Of a stretch of DNA of 41,862 nucleotides, positions 34,846 to 41,862 are shown in pieces. The notes under the pieces were generated by a model. It ran no database searches, was not told the origin of the DNA, and saw only the letters and a program-made list of their open reading frames with translations. Made by a program: the position numbers and the translations under genes. How positions within the stretch are numbered: position 1 is the first letter of the stretch; the number at the start of each line of letters is the position of its first letter. The DNA lies in assembly GCA_036149055.1 (NCBI GenBank), contig JAYZQJ010000184.1:1-41862 (forward strand), in the 5' to 3' direction. The stretch comes from Myxococcota bacterium. Lineage in GTDB: Bacteria > Myxococcota_A > Polyangia > Polyangiales > Sandaracinaceae.

Positions 34846-36792
34846 GTGCTGGGAGCGCGCACGGCCAACTGTCCGAACTGCGGCGGACCGATCGAGTTCG
34901 GGCTCGGCTCGTCGGCGGCGCTGGTGTGCCCGCACTGCCGCTACAGCGTCGTCCGCACCGACAAGGATCTGCGGGCGATCGGCCGCGTCGCGGACCTCGT
35001 GCCCACCGCCCCGCCGATCGCGGTGGGCGACTCCGGCACGATCGGCGGCAAGGGCTTCCGGGTCGCCGGCCGGCTGCAGCTCGACCACGGGCGCGGCCCC
35101 TGGGACGAGTGGTACCTCGGCTTCGACGAGGGCGGCTGGGGCTGGCTCGCGCGGGCGCAGGGGCGCTGGTACCTCACGCACCCGGCGGACGCGACCGGCG
35201 TGCCCGCCTACCAGAGCCTCCAGCCCGGTCAGCAGGGCAGCTTCCAGGGCACGGGGCAGACCCTCTGGACGGTGCAGGAGCAGGGGCAGAGCACGCTCCT
35301 GTCCGGCGAGGGCGAGCTGCCCTTCCCCGTCGTCCCGGGGCAGCGCGGCTGGTACATCGACCTCGCGGGCCCGGACGGCGCCTTCGGCACCATCGACTAC
35401 GGCGACGGCTCGCACGCGCCGATGCTCTTCGCCGGCCGCGAGCTCGGCCCGGACGAGCTGCAGGTCGCGCAGACCGCCTGGGGCGCGCGGCCCGAGGAGA
35501 AGGTGCAGATCGGCAAGGTCAGCTGCCCCACGTGCGGCGCGCCGGTCGAGATCACGTCGGAGAGCACCGAGCGCGCCGCCTGCGCGTACTGCTACTCCCT
35601 GCTCGACGTCCAGTCGGGGAACCTGCAGGTCCTCGAGCAGCTCGAGCAGCCGCGCATCGAGCCCTACATCCCCCTCGGCACCGACGGACAGCTGAAGGGC
35701 GAGAAGTGCAAGGTCATCGGCTTCATGGAGCGCTACACGGTGGTCCACGGGGTCACCTACAGCTGGCGCGAGTACCTGCTCTACACCGAGCAGGGCTACC
35801 GCTGGCTGATGGAGGACTCCGGCCACTGGATGTGGATGAAGCCGATCAGCGCGGGCGACGTGCAGGTGGTGGGCGCCGAGGTCCGCTACGAGAAGCACAA
35901 GCTCAAGCGCTTCTCGACGAACAACGCCTCGGTGCGCTTCGTCATCGGCGAGTTCTACTGGCAGGTCCGGGTCGGCGAGCAGACCACCACCTGCGACTAC
36001 ATCGCCCCGCCGCACATCGTCAGCGAGGAGCGCAGCTCGAACGAGCTCGTCTGGTCGGCGGGCGAGTACGTCGAGGGCAAGGAGATCCAGAAGGCGTTCG
36101 GCCTCGGGGCGTCTCCTCCCAGCCGGTCCGGCGTGGGCACCGCTCAGCCGAACCCGCACGCGCTCTGGCCCACCCTCGGCACCTTCGCGGTGCTCCTGCT
36201 CCTCTTCCTCGGCATCGCCATCGGCGCCGACATCGGCGGCAAGCACCGGGTGCTGGTGACCGGTCCGCTGACGCTCCCGGCGACCCAGCAGCGCGGCAAC
36301 CCCGTGAGCGCGCCGCAGCAGGACACGGCGTCCTACACCCCGCCCTTCACCGTGACCGACGGCCCGGCCGTGCTCTCGGTGGAGCTGGAGACGTCGTCCA
36401 ACAACGACTACGTCGGGGTCGCGTGCGCGCTCATCGACGAGGAGACCGGCAAGGTCCGCGAGTTCTACGTCGACGCCGGCTACTACCACGGCGTCACCGG
36501 CGGCGAGTCGTGGTCCGAGGGGAGCCGGGACTCGACGGTCTACGTCGACCGGGTGCCCGAGGGCCGCTACGTGCTGCGCATGGACCCGCAGTGGAACCAC
36601 TGGACGCCGGGGCTCTTCAACGTCGGCACCGCGGCCTCGCCGCCGAGCGCCTCGATCGAGGTCACCCAGGGGAGCCGGAGCCCCTGGTGCTGCCTGCTCA
36701 CCTTCTTCCTCCTGCTGCTCCCGGTGCCCATCTCCATCTTCCGGCGCGCCGCCTTCGAGAAGAAGCGGTGGGAGAATTCCAACCTCTGGTGA
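34846..36792 (+). CDS. Tandem zinc-ribbon + DUF4178 membrane protein
   Basis: CPNC..CPHC then GR.QL...G.WDEW..GWL and GEGELPF; CPTC..CAYC then IPLGT.G..W.EYLL..GYRWL..GEFYWQV.VG; two TMs; terminal FEKKRWENS. Confidence 0.85.
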   Translation: MLGARTANCPNCGGPIEFGLGSSAALVCPHCRYSVVRTDKDLRAIGRVADLVPTAPPIAVGDSGTIGGKGFRVAGRLQLDHGRGPWDEWYLGFDEGGWGWLARAQGRWYLTHPADATGVPAYQSLQPGQQGSFQGTGQTLWTVQEQGQSTLLSGEGELPFPVVPGQRGWYIDLAGPDGAFGTIDYGDGSHAPMLFAGRELGPDELQVAQTAWGARPEEKVQIGKVSCPTCGAPVEITSESTERAACAYCYSLLDVQSGNLQVLEQLEQPRIEPYIPLGTDGQLKGEKCKVIGFMERYTVVHGVTYSWREYLLYTEQGYRWLMEDSGHWMWMKPISAGDVQVVGAEVRYEKHKLKRFSTNNASVRFVIGEFYWQVRVGEQTTTCDYIAPPHIVSEERSSNELVWSAGEYVEGKEIQKAFGLGASPPSRSGVGTAQPNPHALWPTLGTFAVLLLLFLGIAIGADIGGKHRVLVTGPLTLPATQQRGNPVSAPQQDTASYTPPFTVTDGPAVLSVELETSSNNDYVGVACALIDEETGKVREFYVDAGYYHGVTGGESWSEGSRDSTVYVDRVPEGRYVLRMDPQWNHWTPGLFNVGTAASPPSASIEVTQGSRSPWCCLLTFFLLLLPVPISIFRRAAFEKKRWENSNLW

Positions 36793-36801
36793 GGTGAAGC
36801 G

Positions 36802-37002
36802 ATGCGTCTCCTGAGATTCCTCATCTACCCGATCTTCGGCCTCTCGCTCCTCGGCGGGTACGGCTTCTACGTCTTCACCGGCCGCGATCTCGGCGCCACC
36901 AGCGTCGACACGCGGGCCATGCCGCCCGGCACGCGGCGACCGGGAGGCGGCTTCGCCGTCGCCCCCATCTTCTGGTACGGCGGCTACGCCGGCGGCAAAT
37001 GA
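36802..37002 (+). CDS. 66-aa single-TM membrane peptide with Gly/aromatic tail ending GGK
   Basis: GAGGTG SD; TM; tail IFWYGGYAGGK; tight operon spacing. Confidence 0.75.
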   Translation: MRLLRFLIYPIFGLSLLGGYGFYVFTGRDLGATSVDTRAMPPGTRRPGGGFAVAPIFWYGGYAGGK

Positions 37003-37244
37003 GCTCGGAGGGCCTCGGCATGCTCGATCAACTCGTCACCATCGGAGTCCACATCATCTCGACCGTGGTCTTCGTCCTCATCGGCCTCGTCTTCTTCGGC
37101 CTCGCCTTCTGGATCATCACGAAGGTGGCGCCGTTCTCGGTCCGCAAGGAGATCGAGGAGGACCAGAACACCGCGCTCGGCATCGTGATCGGCTCGGTGA
37201 TCATCGGCGTCGCGCTGATCGTCTCGGCTGCCCTCCACGGGTAG
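36999..37244 (+). CDS. DUF350 family membrane protein
   Basis: PFSVRKEIEEDQNTALGIVIGSVIIGVALIVSAA; alternative start ATG 37020 after GGAGG. Confidence 0.88.
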   Translation: MSSEGLGMLDQLVTIGVHIISTVVFVLIGLVFFGLAFWIITKVAPFSVRKEIEEDQNTALGIVIGSVIIGVALIVSAALHG

Positions 37245-37256
37245 CGACCGACCCGC

Positions 37257-38813
37257 TTGACCGAGCCCGCCACCACGGCCTTCGCCAAGCGCAAGGTCCC
37301 GCTGCTCTTCCTGACGGTCCTCGTCATCGCGACGGCGGGCCTCGTCTACGAATTGATCGCCGGGACGCTGGCGAGCTACGTGCTCGGCGACTCCGTCTTC
37401 CAGTTCTCGACCATCATCGGGGTCTACCTCTCGGCGATGGGCCTCGGCGCCTACCTCTCGCGCTTCATCGTAGAGAAGGTCGTGATCCGCTTCGTCGAGA
37501 TCGAGCTGGCGGCGGCGCTGATCGGCGGCTTCAGCGCGCCCTTCCTGTTCTACGTCTTCGCGTACGCCGACGCCTTCCGGGTGCTGCTCTACGGCACCGT
37601 GGTGGTGATCGGCGCCCTGGTGGGCATCGAGCTGCCGCTCCTGATGCGCATCCTCGAGAAGGAGCTCGACTTCAAGGAGCTGGTCGCGAAGGTGCTGACC
37701 TTCGACTACCTCGGGGCGCTGCTCGGCTCGCTGCTCTTCGCCATCGTGCTCATGCCGACGCTGGGGCTCGTCCGCACCTCGCTGCTCTTCGGCATGCTCA
37801 ACGGCGCCGTCGCCCTGATGACCACCTGGGTGCTCGGCGACCTGATCTACCGGCCCATCCGCTGGCGCCTGCGGGCCAAGGGCGTGCTGCTCCTCGTCGC
37901 GCTCGCCGTCGCCTTCGTGGGCTCCGACAAGCTGACGCGCTTCGCCGAGCGCGAGCTCTACGACGACCGCGTGATCTTCGCCGAGCAGAGCCGCTACCAG
38001 CGGGTCGTGCTCACCCACGGGGCGCTCGGCGTGCAGCTCTTCCTCAACGGGAACCTGCAGTTCGCCTCGCACGACGAGTACCGCTACCACGAGGCCCTCG
38101 TGCACCCCGCCTTCGCCCTCGCGCCGCACGCCCGCCGCGCCCTGGTGCTCGGCGGCGGAGACGGGCTCGCGGTGCGGGAGATCCTCCGCTACCCCGACGT
38201 CGAGACCGTGACCCTCGTCGACCTCGATCCCGCGATGACCGACATGGCGCGCCGCGTCTCGGTGATGCGCGAGCTGAACGAGGAGAGCCTCGACGACCCG
38301 CGGGTCACGGTGATCAACGACGACGCGATGGTGTGGCTCGACGAGAACGGCGACTCGGTCGAGGCCTACGACGTCGTCATCATCGACTTCCCCGACCCCA
38401 ACAACTTCTCGCTCGGCAAGCTCTACACGAGCCGCTTCTACGGGCTGCTCCAGCGGGTCATGCACCCGGGCACCGCGGTCATCGTGCAGGCCACCTCGCC
38501 GCTCTACGCGCGGCGCTCCTTCTGGTGCGTCGAGCGCACGATGGCCGCCGCGGGCCTGCACACCGCCGCCTTCCACACGCTCGTGCCGTCCTTCGGCGAG
38601 TGGGGCTACGTGCTCGCGATGACCCGCCCCTTCGATCCGCCCCGCGAGGTGCCAGACGTCGAGGGCCTGCGGTTCCTGAACGACGAGGCGATGCAGGCGA
38701 TGTTCGTCTTCGGGCGCGACATGCAGCGCCCGGACGACGTGGAGACCAACCGCCTCGATACGCAGGCGCTCGTGCAATACTACGACCAGGAATGGTCGCG
38801 CCTGGAGCGCTGA
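37257..38813 (+). CDS. speE: Membrane-bound polyamine aminopropyltransferase (spermidine synthase-like, 7 TM)
   Basis: GLVYEL, GIELPLL, DYLGAL; QSRYQ, LFLNGNLQF..DEYRYHEALVHP, VLGGGDG, VDLDP, IIDFPDP, VPSFGEWG. Confidence 0.9.
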   Translation: MTEPATTAFAKRKVPLLFLTVLVIATAGLVYELIAGTLASYVLGDSVFQFSTIIGVYLSAMGLGAYLSRFIVEKVVIRFVEIELAAALIGGFSAPFLFYVFAYADAFRVLLYGTVVVIGALVGIELPLLMRILEKELDFKELVAKVLTFDYLGALLGSLLFAIVLMPTLGLVRTSLLFGMLNGAVALMTTWVLGDLIYRPIRWRLRAKGVLLLVALAVAFVGSDKLTRFAERELYDDRVIFAEQSRYQRVVLTHGALGVQLFLNGNLQFASHDEYRYHEALVHPAFALAPHARRALVLGGGDGLAVREILRYPDVETVTLVDLDPAMTDMARRVSVMRELNEESLDDPRVTVINDDAMVWLDENGDSVEAYDVVIIDFPDPNNFSLGKLYTSRFYGLLQRVMHPGTAVIVQATSPLYARRSFWCVERTMAAAGLHTAAFHTLVPSFGEWGYVLAMTRPFDPPREVPDVEGLRFLNDEAMQAMFVFGRDMQRPDDVETNRLDTQALVQYYDQEWSRLER

Positions 38814-38814
38814 G

Positions 38815-40389
38815 GTGCGGCGCCGCGACGTGCTGGCCGCCCTCCTCGGCGCGCCCCTCGCCCTCGCCTGCGACGACGAGGAGACGCCGCCTTCGGTCGA
38901 GGGCGAGCTCCTCGGCCAGAGCCACGAGGTCGGCCACCTGCTCCGCGACGAGGACCTCCGCGCCGCCTTCGCGCGCGGCGACGTCGAGACCCGCGACCTG
39001 AACGTGGCCATCGTCGGCGCGGGCCCGGCGGGGCTCTCGGCGGCGTGGCAGCTCGCCCGCCGCGGCATCGAGGGCGTGGAGCTGTTCGAGCTCGAGCCCC
39101 ACCCCGGCGGCACCAGCGCCTCGGGCCGGAGCGAGGTCACCGCCTATCCCTGGGGCGCGCACTACCTCCCGGTGCCGGGCGACGGTCAGCCCGAGCTGCG
39201 CGCGCTGCTCGGCGAGATGGACGCGCTCGACGACGCCGGCGAGCCCCGCGAGCACCTCCTCGTGCGCGCGCCCGACGAGCGCGTCTTCTACCGCGGCTAC
39301 TGGTACCGCGGCCTCTACCCCACCGCCTCCATGACCGCGCACGACGCGGCGCAGCGCGAGCGCTTCGAGCGCATCGTCGCCCGCTGGGTGCGTTTCCGCG
39401 ACGGGCAGGGGCGGCGCGCCTTCACGATCCCCTCGCGGCTCTGCTCGGACGACGCGGAGGTGCTGGCGCTCGACCGGATCAGCGCCGCCGAGTGGTGCCG
39501 CCGCCAGGGCTTCACGTCGCCGCGCCTCCTCTGGTGGCTCGAGTACGGCACCCGCGACGACCACGGCCTGACCCTCGAGGACGCGAGCGCGTGGTCGCTG
39601 CTCTTCTATCACTGCGCGCGGGTGGAGGACCCGGAGGAGGAGAGCGCCGACTTCCTCACCTGGCCGGCCGGCAACGGCGCGCTCGTCCGTCACCTGGCCC
39701 GCGGCCGGCGCGTGCACACCGGGCACCTCGCCGCGCGGATCGCCCCCGACGGAACCCTCGACGTGATCGAGGCGGCGACGCGGCGCCCGCTCCGGATCCG
39801 CGCGCGGCGGGTGATCTGCGCGACCCCCCGCTTCGTCGCCTCGCGCCTGGTCGAAGGCGCGCCGCCTTCGGACGACGGCCACTGGGGCGCGTGGATGGTC
39901 GCCAACCTGCACCTCGCCGACCGCCCGGGCGAGCGCGGCTTCCCGCCCGCGTGGGACAACGTGCTCTACGACAGCCCGAGCCTCGGCTACGTGACCGCGA
40001 CCCACCAGCGCGGGCGCGACTTCGGCCCGACCGTCTGGACGTACTACTTTCCCCTGGTGGACTCCGACCCCACCGAGGCGCGGCGGCGCCTGCTCGACCA
40101 CGGCTGGTCGGCGTGGACGGACGCCATCGTCGCCGATCTCTCACGCGCGCACCCGGATCTGCGACGCCAGCTCCGGCGGGTCGACGTCTGGCGCTGGGGG
40201 CACGCGATGGCGCAGCCGCGGGTCGGGGTGCGCCGGAGCGAGGCCCGCCGCCGCGCCGCGCTGCCGGTGGGCAAGGTGCACTTCGCCCACTCCGATCTCA
40301 GCGGCCTCGCGCTCTTCGAGGAGGCCTTCGATCACGGCCTGCGCGCGGCCGACGAGGTGGCCGACGCGCTCTCCGAGGAGGCGACGTGA
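38815..40389 (+). CDS. Flavin-dependent amine-oxidase-family oxidoreductase, Tat lipoprotein
   Basis: MRRRDVL..LALA-C; VAIVGAGPAGLSAA; GG; WGAHY; RWGHAM; FAHSDLSG..LFEEA. Confidence 0.85.
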   Translation: MRRRDVLAALLGAPLALACDDEETPPSVEGELLGQSHEVGHLLRDEDLRAAFARGDVETRDLNVAIVGAGPAGLSAAWQLARRGIEGVELFELEPHPGGTSASGRSEVTAYPWGAHYLPVPGDGQPELRALLGEMDALDDAGEPREHLLVRAPDERVFYRGYWYRGLYPTASMTAHDAAQRERFERIVARWVRFRDGQGRRAFTIPSRLCSDDAEVLALDRISAAEWCRRQGFTSPRLLWWLEYGTRDDHGLTLEDASAWSLLFYHCARVEDPEEESADFLTWPAGNGALVRHLARGRRVHTGHLAARIAPDGTLDVIEAATRRPLRIRARRVICATPRFVASRLVEGAPPSDDGHWGAWMVANLHLADRPGERGFPPAWDNVLYDSPSLGYVTATHQRGRDFGPTVWTYYFPLVDSDPTEARRRLLDHGWSAWTDAIVADLSRAHPDLRRQLRRVDVWRWGHAMAQPRVGVRRSEARRRAALPVGKVHFAHSDLSGLALFEEAFDHGLRAADEVADALSEEAT

Positions 40390-41489
40390 GCGCCGCGGTG
40401 CGCGCCGTCTTCGCGCCCCGCAGCGAGGGGCCGTGGCTCTTCGGCAAGCGCACCGACCTCGCCGTCTTCGGCGGCAGCGCGCTCGCCGCGCTCGGGCTGC
40501 TCGCGGTCGGCGGGGCGCTCGGTCTGCTCGACGGCGAGTCGCCGGGCTGGACCTGGATCGCCTGCGTGCTCGCCATCGACGTCGCCCACGTGTGGTCGAC
40601 GGTGTTCCGGGTCTACCTCGACCCCGCCGAGGTGCGCCGCCGGCCCCTCCTCTACGTGGGCGCGCCGCTCCTGTGCTGGGGGCTCGGGGTGATGCTCTAC
40701 GCCTTCGGCCCCATGACCTTCTGGCGCGCGCTCGCCTACGCCGCCGTCTTCCACTTCGTGCGTCAGCAGTGGGGCTGGGTCGCGCTCTACCGTCGCCGCG
40801 CCGGCGAGACGCGCGATCGCTGGCTCGACATGGCCGCCGTCTACGCGGCCACCGTCTACCCGCTCATCTGGTGGCACGCGCACCTGCCGCGCGGCTTCGT
40901 GTGGTTCCTCCAGGGCGACTTCGTGGTCGGCCTCGCCGCGCCGGTCGCCACCCTTTTGGCGCCCGTCTACTGGGGCGTGATGATCGCGTTCGCGGCGCGG
41001 CAGCTCTGGCGCTGGCGCCGCGGCACGCTCAACCCGGGCAAGGCGCTCGTCGTCTTCACGACCTGGCTCTGCTGGTGGCTCGGCATCATGGTCTTCGACG
41101 GGGACTTCGCGTTCACGGTGACCAACGTGATCATTCACGGCGTCCCCTACCTCGCGCTGACCTACCGCTACGGCCGAGCCCGCGCCGCCGAGCGCCCCGG
41201 CGGTCTCCTCGCCGTGATCCTGCGCGGCGGCGCGCTGGCCTTCCTCGCCTTCGTGGTGATCGTCGCCTTCGCCGAGGAGGCGCTCTGGGACCGCTACGTC
41301 TGGCACGACCGCCCGTGGCTCTTCGGCGAGGGCCTCGAGACCTCGGACGCCGTGCTCCTCTTGCTGGTCCCGCTCCTCGCGGTGCCCCAGGCCACCCACT
41401 ACCTCTTGGACGGCTTCATCTGGAAGGTGCGCGGGGGCAACCCGTCTCTCTCGCGCGAGCTCGGCGGCCGCGGAGCTCTCGAGAGCTGA
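40386..41489 (+). CDS. Polytopic membrane protein with four spaced His motifs (367 aa)
   Basis: GTGA overlap; DVAHVWST, FHFVRQQWG, HGVPY, THYLLDGFIWK. Confidence 0.8.
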   Translation: MSAAVRAVFAPRSEGPWLFGKRTDLAVFGGSALAALGLLAVGGALGLLDGESPGWTWIACVLAIDVAHVWSTVFRVYLDPAEVRRRPLLYVGAPLLCWGLGVMLYAFGPMTFWRALAYAAVFHFVRQQWGWVALYRRRAGETRDRWLDMAAVYAATVYPLIWWHAHLPRGFVWFLQGDFVVGLAAPVATLLAPVYWGVMIAFAARQLWRWRRGTLNPGKALVVFTTWLCWWLGIMVFDGDFAFTVTNVIIHGVPYLALTYRYGRARAAERPGGLLAVILRGGALAFLAFVVIVAFAEEALWDRYVWHDRPWLFGEGLETSDAVLLLLVPLLAVPQATHYLLDGFIWKVRGGNPSLSRELGGRGALES

Positions 41490-41560
41490 CCACAGCCCCG
41501 TACCCGTCCGCCTCGCTCCCTCGTCCCACCTCCTTCATCGGAGATCTGCGGGGCTTCTCG

Positions 41561-41796
41561 TTTTCACGCAGAGGCGCAGAGGCGCAGAGATCGCCCGGGG
41601 GGCCAGGACCAGCGACGCTCCGGTCGACGTCGGCCACGGGCTCCGCCTCCCCTCGGCGACTCCCCGCCCACGTCGCCTCTCGCCACGTGCTTCCCGTGAA
41701 GCTGGTTGCGCTCGCCGAGCCGCACCCAGCCGAAACCCGCCGGCCCCCCGCCATCCCGCGGCCCTCTGCGCCGCTGCGCCGCTGCGCGGGACAAAA
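41561..41796. repeat. Inverted-repeat element with GCGCAGAG-type arms
   Basis: TTTTCACGCAGAGGCGCAGAGGCGCAGAG (41561-41589) versus CTCTGCGCCGCTGCGCCGCTGCGCGGGACAAAA (41764-41796). Confidence 0.75.
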
Positions 41797-41862
41797 TCGC
41801 GCTCGCCGAGCCGCCCGCCAGCCCGGCCCCCGCCGGCCCTCCCCCCCCCCCCCCCCCCCCCC

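Noticed and set aside
41840..41862. Terminal poly-C run
   Set aside because: Most likely a sequencing or assembly artefact at a contig end (poly-G read tail), not biology.

Overview
Very GC-rich bacterial DNA. Gene content points to Myxococcota, probably Polyangia/Sandaracinaceae-like (inference): Hanks kinases, FHA/TPR, an AgmX/PglI-type TonB-C domain, a Cys-rich lipoprotein, a split F0 operon and CxxxY-type CcmE. Left to right the window holds: a truncated kinase-NTPase gene; a DUF3467-like gene; a minus-strand run pyrR-pyrB-namZ(DUF1343)-TonB-C lipoprotein-DUF1624; fni; a 10-repeat Cys-rich lipoprotein; ccmE; atpZ-atpI-atpB-atpE; hemL; a complete translationally coupled MoxR/DUF58/Bat operon; an orphan receiver protein; a divergent FHA-TPR / Ser-Thr kinase pair; a lipoprotein; ppiC-surA-FNR-like; and a six-gene operon (tandem DUF4178, 66-aa membrane peptide ending GGK, DUF350, 7-TM spermidine-synthase-like protein, Tat-lipoprotein flavin oxidoreductase, His-motif membrane protein). 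That last operon is the best candidate for a functionally undescribed system, and its topology suggests extracytoplasmic amine chemistry. Two other signals stand out: many genes have sigma70-like -10 boxes 6-9 nt from the start codon (likely leaderless mRNAs), and intergenic inverted-repeat motifs recur in-frame inside one Bat-operon gene. No rRNA, tRNA, CRISPR or transposase was seen. Family assignments are by motif recognition, not database search.
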